Shown one piece after another: positions 1-9,780 of a stretch of 64,000 bases of DNA. This DNA comes from an uncultured virus (IMG/VR IMGVR_UViG_3300046010_001786) (taxonomy: Duplodnaviria > Heunggongvirae > Uroviricota > Caudoviricetes). The stretch lies in IMG/VR virus record IMGVR_UViG_3300046010_001786, one strand, 5' to 3'. The notes below the pieces were generated by a model. The model was not told the DNA's origin and ran no database searches. It worked only from the letters and a program-made list of their open reading frames with translations. Position 1 is the first letter of the stretch; each line of letters starts with the position of its first letter. The position numbers were made by a program, and so were the translations under genes.

Positions 1-1068
1 AGAGGATCCGCCTGCTCCGCCTCCGCCACCCTGTTGCCTAGCTCCCCCACCCCCACCAGCAACCACAAGGTACTCAACACTTGTCACCCCTTCAGGGGCA
101 GTCCAGTTGCCAGATGATGTAAAGGTCTGAACTACATCAATCGTAGTCGCAGGAGTGACCGTGTATTTGATGATGACGATGCCAGAGCCGCCTGAACCGC
201 CTGCTGCTGATGCCAAAGGAACAAGCGAACCATTGCCGCCACCGCCGCCACCGCCGGTATTTGCCGGTGCTGAGCTACCTGCAACGCCTGGTGATCCACC
301 ACCATTAGCGCCACCGCCTGTGCCTCCAGTTCCTCCGGCTGTATTTGGTGCCCGTGTATCACCACCGCCACCACCGCCACCTGCATAGGTAACAGAAGTT
401 CCAGAAATGGTAGACGCTGTTCCGTTGCCGCCATTACCACCAGGGCCAGTAGAGGGTGCATTCGCTCCAACAGCACTAGCACCGCCACCGCCACCGCCAC
501 CCACGTAACTTGGAGAAGAGTTGCGGTAAGACGTACCTCCACCACTCCCTTGCGCTGGTGCGGGTGCTACTGAAGGCGTATTACCGGCTCCACCGATTTC
601 TGCTGTGTTTGTTGAAGTATCAACCGCACCACCCCCGCCACTGCCCCCACTAGCCCCTTGGGAATTATTAGTGGGTTGACCGTATGAACCGCCGCCCCCA
701 CCTCCAGCAGACGTAATAGCATTTGGTGAATTACCAAAGATTGAATTAGACCCAGAAGTTGCTCGTAGACCCTGATAAGGATTCACAGGCGCAGCGGCAG
801 CACCGGCACCACCTCCACCGACTGTAACCGTATATGCCGTACCAGCAACAACTGGGTATGCAGAAGCAGTTCTAAATCCACCTGCTCCACCGCCCCCACC
901 ACCTAGCTGCCCTCCACCTGCACCACCAGCAACAACCAAATACTCAACCTCCGTTACACCAGCAGGGCAGACCCATGTGGTCGAAGAGGTAAACGTCTGG
1001 ATGACGGTGTAAGGCTGTGCCGCCGATGGGCGAAGAAAACCTAAGAGAGCATTAAGAATCCCGGTCAT
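1..1068 (-). CDS. Gly-rich repeat-domain virion protein, 5' part (runs off window start; probably continues at 64000)
   Basis: Not in ORF track. ATG at 1068 overlaps the stop of the upstream gene (ATGA). Reads MTGILNALLGFLRPSAAQPYTVIQTFTSSTTWVCPAGVTEVEYLVVAGG...GSGIVIIKY...TFTSSGNWTAPEGVTSVEYLVVAGGGGG, open to position 1. Confidence 0.85.
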   Translation of the reverse strand, partial: MTGILNALLGFLRPSAAQPYTVIQTFTSSTTWVCPAGVTEVEYLVVAGGAGGGQLGGGGGGAGGFRTASAYPVVAGTAYTVTVGGGGAGAAAAPVNPYQGLRATSGSNSIFGNSPNAITSAGGGGGGSYGQPTNNSQGASGGSGGGGAVDTSTNTAEIGGAGNTPSVAPAPAQGSGGGTSYRNSSPSYVGGGGGGGASAVGANAPSTGPGGNGGNGTASTISGTSVTYAGGGGGGGDTRAPNTAGGTGGTGGGANGGGSPGVAGSSAPANTGGGGGGGNGSLVPLASAAGGSGGSGIVIIKYTVTPATTIDVVQTFTSSGNWTAPEGVTSVEYLVVAGGGGGARQQGGGGGAGGSS

Positions 1069-2315
1069 GTGAGGCCATTTCCAGATATAAGCCAGCTTGT
1101 TGACGTAAGTTTTACCGCTGTCGCAACGCCATATTCAGCAAGAGTCCGTGACCCCGTAGTGCCTGGGCCAGCCAAGTACATCGTGTCTGTCGTAATAGCA
1201 ATCGTCACAGTGTTCTTCATGTTAACAAAGGTAATTACTGTACCTACTGGATACGCCACACTTCCGTTAGCCGGTATTGTAAATGTCCGGGCGTTGTTGT
1301 CTGAATCGGGGTGCAGGATCGTTTTCCCTGCGTCAGTAAGCACCAGAGTATAGGCCGCAGATTGAGAATTGATCGGCGTATTCCTAAACCCAACAGCATC
1401 CGTGCCATCGACCGTACAGTTGCTAAGAGTGCCCGAGGTGGGAGTGCCAAGAACGGGAGTGACTAAGGTAGGAGAAGTAGCAAAGACTAGAGAGCCAGTA
1501 CCCGTTTCATCTGTAACTGCTGAACGAAGGTTCGTAGAAGAAGGGGTGCCTAGCCATGTAGCAACACCAGAACCAAATGAAGTAATCCCAGTGCCACCAT
1601 TAGTTACCGCAAGGGTTCCTGTTACAGCCGCTGACTGAGCAAGGTTAACCGCACCAAACGCTACAGTCGTTCCAGACCTACGAAGTACCTGGTGATCCGT
1701 TCCTGCCGCAATACTGGCGTTGTCTGCCGTTGCGTTACCTGTTACACCAAGAACTGACAGAGCAGAACCTTGGGCAAGATTAGAGAATGGAAGATCTCCA
1801 GTGACAGCATCTGTTGACGCAAGGTTGACTGCACCAAACGCTACTGATGTACCAGACCTACGAAGAACTTGGTTGTCTGTACCAGCAGCTATGCTTGCGT
1901 TATCCGCAGTGGCGTTACCAGTAACCCCTAAAACAGAAAGCGCAGAACCTTGGGCTAGGTTAGTAAACCCAAGCCTGGCTGATATAGCTGGCGTAATCGT
2001 CGTGCCATCCACATACATCGAACGCTCGGCTGGATAAGTACAGAAGATCTCCTTAGTTCCTGCGCTCCAGTTAACGGCGTTGCCTGAATTAGATGACTCT
2101 AAGATTGTGTCACGGCTAAGTACAGTACCAGACAAAGTGTAGGTTCCAATGCCCACTTCCCAGTCTGTCCCATTTGTAACCGCGTAGTACGTCGTATTTC
2201 CATTCCCGATGACGGAGAATGCCTGGTATCCACCGACCGCCCCAGCGAGCGTATAACTGCCCGTGCTGGTGGTTGTCGTAGTCTCTTTAACTCTGTCTTT
2301 TAGTACAAGTGGCAT
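1065..2315 (-). CDS. Tail fibre/tail structural protein with internal 60-aa tandem duplication
   Basis: N-terminus MPLVLKDRVKETTTTTSTG is typical of phage fibre proteins; NLAQGSALSVLGVTGNATADNASIAAGTD is duplicated; Thr/Gly/Ser-rich. Confidence 0.7.
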   Translation of the reverse strand: MPLVLKDRVKETTTTTSTGSYTLAGAVGGYQAFSVIGNGNTTYYAVTNGTDWEVGIGTYTLSGTVLSRDTILESSNSGNAVNWSAGTKEIFCTYPAERSMYVDGTTITPAISARLGFTNLAQGSALSVLGVTGNATADNASIAAGTDNQVLRRSGTSVAFGAVNLASTDAVTGDLPFSNLAQGSALSVLGVTGNATADNASIAAGTDHQVLRRSGTTVAFGAVNLAQSAAVTGTLAVTNGGTGITSFGSGVATWLGTPSSTNLRSAVTDETGTGSLVFATSPTLVTPVLGTPTSGTLSNCTVDGTDAVGFRNTPINSQSAAYTLVLTDAGKTILHPDSDNNARTFTIPANGSVAYPVGTVITFVNMKNTVTIAITTDTMYLAGPGTTGSRTLAEYGVATAVKLTSTSWLISGNGLT

Positions 2316-2325
2316 GATCTATCCT

Positions 2326-3552
2326 CTATGCGGCAATCGGTATCCAATTCGGATTCTGCGCGTCGTTGATTACGACCCAATTTGGACTCTGCCGTTTGGG
2401 AGCAAAAGTCACTATTACTACGTTTGCTGTTCCCGGTGTTATGACTGCGCTTTGCACCACATCAGGTGCGCTTGTTGCCGATGTTATCGCACCTGTGCCT
2501 GGAACTATATCTCGACCTAGCGCCGTAATCGGGGCAGCCCCTACAAGTGAAAGGTTTGCCCCTGCTGGTGTTGTAACGATTGATTGCCCAGAGTCCGGCA
2601 CCTGTCCTTGAATGTTAGCCGCACCGCTACCAGGAATAATTGCAAGGTTTGTCTGAGGTGCAACCCCCGCAGCTACTAAGGTTCCCGTACCCGGTATCGT
2701 AATCTGACCGGCAACTACTACGCTAGGCACAGATCCAACAATGACCGACCCACCTGTTGGGGAGATAACCGTTTCTCTTAAAATTACCGGTGTTTGCCCA
2801 TCTATAGTTACCGCACCTACATTTGGCGTAATAACAGTACCGCGCACTACACTAGGCTGCAACCCAGTAATTGCTATGCTGCCTGTGCCTACTTCTATTA
2901 CACCGCTAATTGCAACCGTTGGTGCTTGTCCAGCAACAGAAATTAAACCCGTTCCTGTTTCAATGGCTACGTTAGTGATTGGTACATTTCCATCTACTGT
3001 TACTGCTCCCACTATTGGTATAACAACTGTCCCGCGCAATAATTCTGGAACGTCACCAACAATGCTTATGCTTCCACTGTCTACAGTGATTACAGTTCCA
3101 GACGAAACAGTCGGAGCAACTCCCGCTATTGTTAAAGACCCAACTCCAGGCGTAATGAAGGTATTGAACTCAACAACTGGAGCAAATCCGGTAGCAGTTA
3201 CAGCGCCCGTCGCTGGCGTAATAAATGTTTCTGATCTGAATTCAGGCGCGAATCCTTGAATAGATACCTGACCTACACCTGGCGCAATTGATACACCAAC
3301 AAGGGTCGTTGGAGCAGCGCTTGCAATAACAACCGCACCAGCATTGGGAGTGATAAAACTGTCTGTTTTAAGAGTTGGCGCAACCCCAACTAACGACAAA
3401 GCGCCAACACCAGGCACAACAACTGTGCCTCTTAAAATCGCTGGTGCAACTCCAGCAGCAACAACTGCCCCTGTAGCCGGTGTGACTACATATTGAAATA
3501 CCCCCTCTTCAGATGCAAAAGGGGCACCCGAAAACGGGGCTTGTGCAAACAT
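2326..3552 (-). CDS. Putative tail structural protein with ~33-aa ITPxxGxxxxxGxAP repeats
   Basis: MFAQAPFSGAPFAS N-terminus, beta-rich repeats, W..I.D.Q.PNW C-terminus; located in the tail module. Confidence 0.6.
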   Translation of the reverse strand: MFAQAPFSGAPFASEEGVFQYVVTPATGAVVAAGVAPAILRGTVVVPGVGALSLVGVAPTLKTDSFITPNAGAVVIASAAPTTLVGVSIAPGVGQVSIQGFAPEFRSETFITPATGAVTATGFAPVVEFNTFITPGVGSLTIAGVAPTVSSGTVITVDSGSISIVGDVPELLRGTVVIPIVGAVTVDGNVPITNVAIETGTGLISVAGQAPTVAISGVIEVGTGSIAITGLQPSVVRGTVITPNVGAVTIDGQTPVILRETVISPTGGSVIVGSVPSVVVAGQITIPGTGTLVAAGVAPQTNLAIIPGSGAANIQGQVPDSGQSIVTTPAGANLSLVGAAPITALGRDIVPGTGAITSATSAPDVVQSAVITPGTANVVIVTFAPKRQSPNWVVINDAQNPNWIPIAA

Positions 3553-3568
3553 CTTGCCCCCTTACTGT

Positions 3569-4036
3569 TTAGGTAAGGGTGAAGACGCCAGTAGCAGCCG
3601 GAAGAACCGTAAGAGTGTTGGGCGACGTGACAGTAAACTGTGCGCTCGATAGCTGGCAGAAGCAAACCAACTTACGGGCGGAAGCCACAGCAGCCGATGC
3701 TCCAAACGTAATCACAGCGTACCGAATGTTTGTCAACGAAGCGCCAGAAGCGGTGAAGGTCAGGCCCACTGTCGAGTAGGTGAACTTCATCTGCTTAGCT
3801 GATGCGCCCGTTGTCCACTGGCCGGTAGCCGGAACAAGAGCTTTACCACCACTCACGTATCCGCCGGTCGCAGAGATCTGAGACGTCAACTGTCCAAACG
3901 TGCTGAGGGTAAAGGTCGAAGCATTACTAGAAGTACGGAACAGCGCCATCTTGAAGTTACCAGCACCGAGTTCAATCGTCCCGTTGCCGATGTAGCGTTT
4001 GGCAGTGTTATACAGTTGCCATGCGGTTGCAGCCAT
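3569..4036 (-). CDS. Putative structural protein (paralog-like to 4904-5320)
   Basis: FKMALF...GGYVSGGK...FT motif pattern shared with the 4904-5320 product. Confidence 0.55.
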   Translation of the reverse strand: MAATAWQLYNTAKRYIGNGTIELGAGNFKMALFRTSSNASTFTLSTFGQLTSQISATGGYVSGGKALVPATGQWTTGASAKQMKFTYSTVGLTFTASGASLTNIRYAVITFGASAAVASARKLVCFCQLSSAQFTVTSPNTLTVLPAATGVFTLT

Positions 4037-4037
4037 T

Positions 4038-4904
4038 TTAAATCTCCTCTAAGTCTGCGCGAGAAGCGCCAGTTTCCAAAATTTGACGGAGTAATCCGCC
4101 GTAGATTTCCAACTCCATCACATCACCCATGCAGGCGATCAAGTCAATAAACTCTTTGGCCTGCGAAACCATCCACGGATTACAGTGAAAAACTTTGCCG
4201 CCGACACGCACAGGAATGACCATCTGGTCATCGTTTTCTTGCTGCTCGTAAGCATGGTGCGCTCCATCTTCCAAACAGGAATCACATCCAAAGATATGAA
4301 ACCGCTTGAATCCTAACATTCTAAACAAAGGTAGCGTCCGTAACAAGACGGTAGAACCGCCAGGAACGGGATACCAATTGGCGTATTCGGTCGCCAGAAT
4401 GTCACTAATCTCTTCCGCGCTGGTGTGCCAGATATAAGTCCTGTCCTTGGGCAGCTTGTCAAAGACCGTCGGGTCACACTGCGATGCAATAAAGTATTTG
4501 CAGTCCGGGATGATGTTTTCTACAAATCGTGCATTGAACGGCCTGGCGTCTACCATAACCATTGCAGAAGGCATCACCCCCGCGTCGATACAGTATTGGT
4601 AGGCGTTGTTCAAAGTAATGAGCTTCACACCTTGGCGGCGCAGGCTCTTAATTTCGTGGATGTATTCTTTCAAGGACGGTCCGCCCCCAACAATCATTGC
4701 CTCCACCTCATTAGTCGGATGGGGAACGATCTGCTGAAAGCCCTTCCTGATGTTGGTTTCGACATTCTTCTTTAAGAGATCCAGGTCTATGTTCAGCGAC
4801 CCACACATCTCAAAGTCTTCCGCTGGCATCCATGTCTCATGCTCAGTCGGGGGGATCTGAGATACCACTACAGTCGGTGGTTCGGAGAAGAACGAAGCGA
4901 ACAT
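4038..4904 (-). CDS. DUF115/MptE-like (Maf-type) Rossmann-fold protein, possible glycosyltransferase
   Basis: AMIVGGGPSL, LITLNNAY, VMVDAR and GFKRFHIFGCD motifs. Confidence 0.65.
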   Translation of the reverse strand: MFASFFSEPPTVVVSQIPPTEHETWMPAEDFEMCGSLNIDLDLLKKNVETNIRKGFQQIVPHPTNEVEAMIVGGGPSLKEYIHEIKSLRRQGVKLITLNNAYQYCIDAGVMPSAMVMVDARPFNARFVENIIPDCKYFIASQCDPTVFDKLPKDRTYIWHTSAEEISDILATEYANWYPVPGGSTVLLRTLPLFRMLGFKRFHIFGCDSCLEDGAHHAYEQQENDDQMVIPVRVGGKVFHCNPWMVSQAKEFIDLIACMGDVMELEIYGGLLRQILETGASRADLEEI

Positions 4905-5320
4905 TATTGAGACCTTATCAGGGCGGTTGTAGCCGTGTTGGCAGGCATCGTGACCGTAAATGTTCCGTTGGTCACAATCTTGTCGTTGCCGAAGTTGAGG
5001 ACTGCTACGGATCTATTGGCCTTGCTGGAGTTATATATCAAAGCGCCCCGGCAGGTAAACGACACCCCGGTCCACTGAGGATTGTCAAAGCTCACATACG
5101 CGGTTGTTCCAGACGATGCCACTGTAACATTTGTTACAGTAAGACCCCCGGCGGTGTAGCCTGTTCCAGTGACTTCTTGGTCCGTGGTATAGACCGTCGT
5201 GGATGCCCCTAAATCGGCGTTGGCGGTGTAGAGAGCGATCTTGATGGTATCGGTCAAAAGATCGTGGATACCCTCGTAGAGTTCCTCTTTGAACGACGTG
5301 GTCTGTGTCTGAGTGATCAT
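4904..5320 (-). CDS. Conserved phage structural protein
   Basis: TTSFKEEL..G.HD...DTIKIALYT...GYTAGG...RGALIYN motif common in this phage type. Confidence 0.6.
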   Translation of the reverse strand: MITQTQTTSFKEELYEGIHDLLTDTIKIALYTANADLGASTTVYTTDQEVTGTGYTAGGLTVTNVTVASSGTTAYVSFDNPQWTGVSFTCRGALIYNSSKANRSVAVLNFGNDKIVTNGTFTVTMPANTATTALIRSQ

Positions 5321-5973
5321 GTAATCGGCACTCTAATCTGGCCATTACGGTAGGCGTCTGACCGGTTCTTGCCTTCGCTAAGCTGCTTTAGAACGCTCAT
5401 GGCTTCATTGTATCGGGCCGTGTAATTGCCAATCGTATCTGGCTCGCTCTTCATAAACGCCGCGGCTTCCAGCAAAGCACCATACAAAAGAACAGAGTCA
5501 AAGTTATCCCCAAGCCAGGACGTGCCAGCCGTCACAATTGACTCGGGATAATAGAAGTAGTGCAGCTCCATCGTGTAATTGGCGTCTGGCGTCGGCCCCA
5601 GGATGAACGTGTTCTCATCCCATAAACCATAGTACAGCGGTTTGCCTGATGTCGTTGGATATGGGTACGCCTGGCGGATGAAGTTCACATCCTTGTCCAG
5701 CAGGTACTCGTACTCACCCGTTACAGGGTCAATTACTGCTAGAGAGAAGGTGGACAGCCAATCCAAGGGGGCGGACAGATACTGGCTCCCACCAGTAACC
5801 GTACCAGTAGAGTTCTTCCGCAGCGCAAGAATCTGCACAGAGTTGTAGATCCGCTGCTCCGCCTGCTCAACAAACGTAGCTATCTGGCTGGCAGAGGTAA
5901 ACGATCCCACTGTTTCTGGGAAATCGTTCTCTGCGTAGCCCTTAATTGCAGCGGTCAATTCGGAATAATTCAC
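5317..5973 (-). CDS. Putative head-tail adaptor / tail tubular A-like protein
   Basis: MNYSEL...FVEQAEQRI...LGPTPD..Y..ELHYFY.P...LLYGALLEA pattern; position in morphogenesis module. Confidence 0.6.
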   Translation of the reverse strand: MNYSELTAAIKGYAENDFPETVGSFTSASQIATFVEQAEQRIYNSVQILALRKNSTGTVTGGSQYLSAPLDWLSTFSLAVIDPVTGEYEYLLDKDVNFIRQAYPYPTTSGKPLYYGLWDENTFILGPTPDANYTMELHYFYYPESIVTAGTSWLGDNFDSVLLYGALLEAAAFMKSEPDTIGNYTARYNEAMSVLKQLSEGKNRSDAYRNGQIRVPIT

Positions 5974-6260
5974 GCCATCGGCCCTCTAGCCATTACGCCC
6001 TTGGTTGCTGCCCCAGTTCCACGAATCCTGATACCGTCGGTCTTCACGTTGTCACGGCCAGGATCGCCAAAGCTCACACGGCCAGCCGGGGTGTTACAGG
6101 TAAAGTCCTTAGCGGCAAGCGTATTAGGATCGGGAGGACGACTGACAGACAGCATCGCTGCCTTCTCATCGATCACGGAACCTTGCATGGTATGGGGGGT
6201 GGCATACAGCTCGCCGCTGCCTACCTCTTTGCCCATCACTTTTTTGCTGAACTTAGCCAT
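5970..6260 (-). CDS. Small basic protein (GIRIRGTGAATKG C-terminus)
   Basis: ORF coupled to neighbours; conserved-looking basic C-terminal motif. Confidence 0.6.
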   Translation of the reverse strand: MAKFSKKVMGKEVGSGELYATPHTMQGSVIDEKAAMLSVSRPPDPNTLAAKDFTCNTPAGRVSFGDPGRDNVKTDGIRIRGTGAATKGVMARGPMA

Positions 6261-6442
6261 TATCGTCCCCTTACGGATTGACGCTGGTTCATTACTTTTG
6301 CCATGCCACGGCCATACTTCTTCATGTCGAGAGAAGTCGGGCCACCAGCCTTCATCTTTTTAGCCTTGTGCATAGAAGCCTCATGACCCTTGACGGCCTT
6401 CATGGCTTCCTTTTTGGCTACGCTACGCATCTGTTTAGTCAT
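6260..6442 (-). CDS. Small Lys/Met-rich protein
   Basis: RBS (AGGAG) upstream; MKAGG motif; TAATG coupling to the next gene. Confidence 0.6.
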   Translation of the reverse strand: MTKQMRSVAKKEAMKAVKGHEASMHKAKKMKAGGPTSLDMKKYGRGMAKVMNQRQSVRGR

Positions 6443-6451
6443 TTTGGACTC

Positions 6452-6880
6452 CTAAGATATTGAGATTGTTACCGATCCTACTGCTGTTTTAGCCACTAAA
6501 TCGTTCGGCGTCAACTCCGCATCAAAGTAGGATGAACCACCGACTGGATACCATCCCCACTGAAATACCCGACTCCCCTCTAAAGGGAAACCAAAGCCCA
6601 GCGGGGAGGTGCTATTGGTCGTCAGTTCTTGCAATCCGCTCGTACCAGACTGTTGATAACTCACATCCGGGCGTGGCTCACGGACGGCCTGTGGATCGTT
6701 AACCGGGTACATACCAAGCTGGAGCTGTGGCTGATCAGGGTCGTAGCACGCTCGACACACCTTAATTTTAAAAGGTCTGGTTTTAACGGTTTGTATCCGC
6801 AATTCCTTGAGCATAAAGCGCTGATCACATCTATCGCACTCCGCAATCGCAAACTTTCCAGAAGCAAATTGGTTAGGCAT
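6452..6880 (-). CDS. Conserved Zn-finger-like phage protein
   Basis: CDRC...CRACYDPDQPQ...DPQAVREPRPD. Confidence 0.65.
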   Translation of the reverse strand: MPNQFASGKFAIAECDRCDQRFMLKELRIQTVKTRPFKIKVCRACYDPDQPQLQLGMYPVNDPQAVREPRPDVSYQQSGTSGLQELTTNSTSPLGFGFPLEGSRVFQWGWYPVGGSSYFDAELTPNDLVAKTAVGSVTISIS

Positions 6881-7469
6881 AGTTTGCCTCGTACTTGTTC
6901 TTTTTGGAAAGGTTTATTGTGCCGGGTATAACTTGCAAGTTTGTTGGGACATGTAACCCATTTACCGTTTCTCCTTGCAGCGGTATCACATGATCCACAT
7001 GCCAAGAGAACTCAAACATTTTAGTCCGCAAACTAGAAAGATCATAGGCTTCTTTGATCATCCACAAGTCGTCTTTGGTTAGCCACTTAGGAGTGCGCTG
7101 CTTGATGATTTTTTTCCTAAGTGCAGCCAGAGCAATAATCTTCCCTTTGTTTGCTTGCCTGTAAACCTTTTTCTGATCTAAAGCCTTTTGCCTATGTTCA
7201 GCGTAATACCTGCGACCTTTTTCTTGATACAACTCTGGATTTGCTAATCGTTTTTTTGACTTTCTCAAACGATCACACTCCATGCAAATTCTTGTCTGCG
7301 TGCTTCTTGGACTTAAATGCCCGTTGACACACGGTTCGCCTGTTGAGTATTGGATCTCACCAGCATTCATAGCGGCCTGCCTAGCGCTAATAGGACGCTT
7401 CGCAGCACGACGTTTCTCGTTGTACTGGCGATAGTATTCCAGGGCTCTGGCTGGGTCTTTGTAGGCCAT
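6873..7469 (-). CDS. Free-standing HNH (homing) endonuclease
   Basis: C-terminal WHVDHVIPLQGETVNGLHVPTNLQVIPGTINLSKKN HNH motif; N-terminal C..GH...C..C; more AT-rich than flanks. Confidence 0.85.
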   Translation of the reverse strand: MAYKDPARALEYYRQYNEKRRAAKRPISARQAAMNAGEIQYSTGEPCVNGHLSPRSTQTRICMECDRLRKSKKRLANPELYQEKGRRYYAEHRQKALDQKKVYRQANKGKIIALAALRKKIIKQRTPKWLTKDDLWMIKEAYDLSSLRTKMFEFSWHVDHVIPLQGETVNGLHVPTNLQVIPGTINLSKKNKYEANYA

Positions 7470-7471
7470 TT

Positions 7472-8404
7472 TTATCCGTAGTAGAACATGTTACGCGGGA
7501 CGATCCGCAGCGGAGCTGTCTCACGGTCCTCTTGGGACGCCAAGGTCCACTGCTCTTCATAGTCCATCTTGAGCATCTGAATCCTGGTGGGGTCTATCCC
7601 TGGGAGCTTCATGCCGAGGTAATACGCCAGGCCAGCCACCATACACGGGATAAGCCTGAACGGGATGTCCTGTACCGTTGTTCCATTCCCGGCGTCCTGC
7701 ATCCGGCGAAGTCTCCAGTAGACAAATGTGTACTGGTCTCCAGGCGGATTAGGCGTCGGCCAGAGGTTCACACACGGGAGGTTCTGCACCGTGATCGGGG
7801 GTGTACCAATGACCGCATGACCTGTCGCCGTAGTGCCATTCTGTCCACGGGCGCAGTTTATAAGCGAGCTACCCGAGATGTTGGGGTAGCTGATTGTCTC
7901 GTTGTTAATCTTGATAAAGCCTGCCGCAGCCAAGCCCGTCGTCGTGCTCAGCTCAATCGTCGTATCCGTGGCATTGATGTCTTGGGCCAGGGTAATTGCG
8001 GTGGCATTCTCGTTTCCAGACTGCCGGTTAAACCAATACTGAATCGGGCGTCCTTGGGTAAGTTTATTGGGGATCGAAGAATAGGTCGGCTCAGCGATGT
8101 TGCTGATGTTGATGTCGATCTGGTTCAACGTACCAGGATTCTGCCGGATGACCGTATCAAGGATCTGGATCGTATCCGAGGGGATGGGATAGATGGCCTG
8201 GCCTGTAACCAGCGGGAACGATCCCTGCTCCATCGTCCAAAGGTTTACGCCCCGGTTGCTCCACTCAATCGTCAACAGGTTCAATGACCGCCTGGCCGTC
8301 CGCAGATCGTAACCAGAACGCAGCTCGCCACCGACGCGCTCAAACGCCTCTTCAATAAGATTGGAGAGGTCTAAGTTAAACGCTACGGTCCCGGAGGTAG
8401 GCAT
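7472..8404 (-). CDS. Putative head-tail connector/tail tubular protein
   Basis: LIEEAFERVG...ARRSLNLL..EWSNRGVNLWT; VAGLAYY; location between head and tail genes. Confidence 0.6.
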   Translation of the reverse strand: MPTSGTVAFNLDLSNLIEEAFERVGGELRSGYDLRTARRSLNLLTIEWSNRGVNLWTMEQGSFPLVTGQAIYPIPSDTIQILDTVIRQNPGTLNQIDINISNIAEPTYSSIPNKLTQGRPIQYWFNRQSGNENATAITLAQDINATDTTIELSTTTGLAAAGFIKINNETISYPNISGSSLINCARGQNGTTATGHAVIGTPPITVQNLPCVNLWPTPNPPGDQYTFVYWRLRRMQDAGNGTTVQDIPFRLIPCMVAGLAYYLGMKLPGIDPTRIQMLKMDYEEQWTLASQEDRETAPLRIVPRNMFYYG

Positions 8405-8405
8405 C

Positions 8406-8642
8406 TTACTTTCCTAACTTCTTCAATGTCTGAGCCAGGCGAGCACGCTGACCCATCTTGCCAGGCTTCTTGGCAGCAGCAGCGAGCTTACCGGCAGGGA
8501 TCTTCTCACCTTTCTTGACGCCAAGAGAGGCGCGTAACGCACCAGGCTTCTTGATCGCGTCTTTGATCCACCCACCAGACTTTGCAATAACAGTTTTACC
8601 CTTGGCCTTCTTGATCTGGTCAATCGGGTCTTTGCTCATCTG
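8406..8642 (-). CDS. Small basic protein (WIKDAIKKPGALRASLG...RARLAQTLKK)
   Basis: Lys-rich conserved phage protein; start uncertain (ORF track starts at 8678). Confidence 0.6.
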   Translation of the reverse strand, partial: QMSKDPIDQIKKAKGKTVIAKSGGWIKDAIKKPGALRASLGVKKGEKIPAGKLAAAAKKPGKMGQRARLAQTLKKLGK

Positions 8643-8674
8643 ATCTTCTTTAGCCGGGCTAGGTGTAACCGTTT

Positions 8675-8914
8675 TCATCTGAACCTCGCTGTCTTTGCTG
8701 CAATTCGTTTTGGCTGTTTAACAAACTGTTTTCCAGCAGCCTTACCAGCTCTTTTCGCTCTAGTCGTCGCTGCATACTCTGAACTAGAAAGTGCGTTGAT
8801 CGCCTTCTCTGGGAGGTAGCGCTCGCCGGTAACGGACGACGGTTTACCACTTTTGGTCTTCCACTTCTGCTGGCCCCATTCTTTTAAGCTCTGTTGTGGC
8901 TTCTTTAGCGGCAT
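8675..8914 (-). CDS. DUF5872-like small basic protein
   Basis: QQSLKEWGQQKWKTKSGK...GERYLP motif. Confidence 0.6.
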   Translation of the reverse strand: MPLKKPQQSLKEWGQQKWKTKSGKPSSVTGERYLPEKAINALSSSEYAATTRAKRAGKAAGKQFVKQPKRIAAKTARFR

Positions 8915-9013
8915 TGGTCTCTACCTGCTTTCTTTTCCGATACACCTGCGAAGCTACCAGTAACCATCGAAAGACGTTGCCATCCTTTTGAGGGTTGTAC
9001 ACAGGTGCCTTGA

Positions 9014-9298
9014 TCACTTATAACCACCGCCACGAGCTTTATATTGTTTTGCTAAGAGTTGGCTTTTTCTTCCGCTCCATTGACCCGCAGCCGTCCCTTG
9101 AGTCGCGGAAGCCTTAATCTTTTCAAATAGGCTTTTACGCATTCCAGGCTTCGTGTAAACGCCTGCCTCATTGACGCGAGACTTGACTTTGCCACCCTCT
9201 TTATACTGAGTAAAAGTGTCTCCATCTTTCCGCCTCCCGGTTTTTGCAGTTGGCATCTTGGAAGAACGCACAGCGCCCATCCCGCGTGAGGGCATCAT
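9014..9298 (-). CDS. Small basic protein
   Basis: MPSRGMGA; VNEAGVYTKPGMRK; GQWSGRKSQLLAKQYKARGGGYK. Confidence 0.65.
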   Translation of the reverse strand: MMPSRGMGAVRSSKMPTAKTGRRKDGDTFTQYKEGGKVKSRVNEAGVYTKPGMRKSLFEKIKASATQGTAAGQWSGRKSQLLAKQYKARGGGYK

Positions 9299-9538
9299 TT
9301 AGCACTTCCCGCCGTAACGCATCTTCGTCATGCCACCTTTGGCCATCTTGCCCTTGCCATCAGCAGCAAACGCCGGGACTTTCTTTCCGCCCTTCATAAC
9401 CATCGGCATACCACCAGCAGCCATCTTGACCATCTTGCCTTTGGTCTTGCCCTTAACGGCCACGCCATCTTTGCTAGGAGCAGCAGTCTTAACAGCACCC
9501 ATCTTGGTGGGGCCCATACCGGTCATCATCTTTTTCAT
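9299..9538 (-). CDS. Small Lys/Met/Gly-rich protein
   Basis: DGVAVKGKTKG, repeated xxGG motifs. Confidence 0.65.
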   Translation of the reverse strand: MKKMMTGMGPTKMGAVKTAAPSKDGVAVKGKTKGKMVKMAAGGMPMVMKGGKKVPAFAADGKGKMAKGGMTKMRYGGKC

Positions 9539-9780
9539 ACCATTTTTCCTTTCGTCTTACCACGGACTGCACACCCATCAGCGGACCGAACATAACCGCC
9601 TTTGGCCTTTTTAATTGGCTTCTTGTATTCCTCTTCTTGGGTATAGCCCATACGATCAGCTAGTTCACTAGCTTTTGTCGTCGCATATTTAATACCCTTT
9701 TTGATGCCTAAGAAGTCATCTTCGATCTTTGCTTCTTTGATCATCTTAGTGCGGGTAGAGTCCTTGCGTTCCTGTTCCAT
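9535..9780 (-). CDS. Small protein with ADGCAVRGKTKG C-terminus
   Basis: C-terminal motif shared with neighbours; translational coupling. Confidence 0.65.
   Translation of the reverse strand: MEQERKDSTRTKMIKEAKIEDDFLGIKKGIKYATTKASELADRMGYTQEEEYKKPIKKAKGGYVRSADGCAVRGKTKGKMV

Noticed and set aside
6873..7469. Recoded target duplication or intron around this HNH gene
   Set aside because: Both flanking genes look intact and abut it; no duplicated peptide or room for intron structure.
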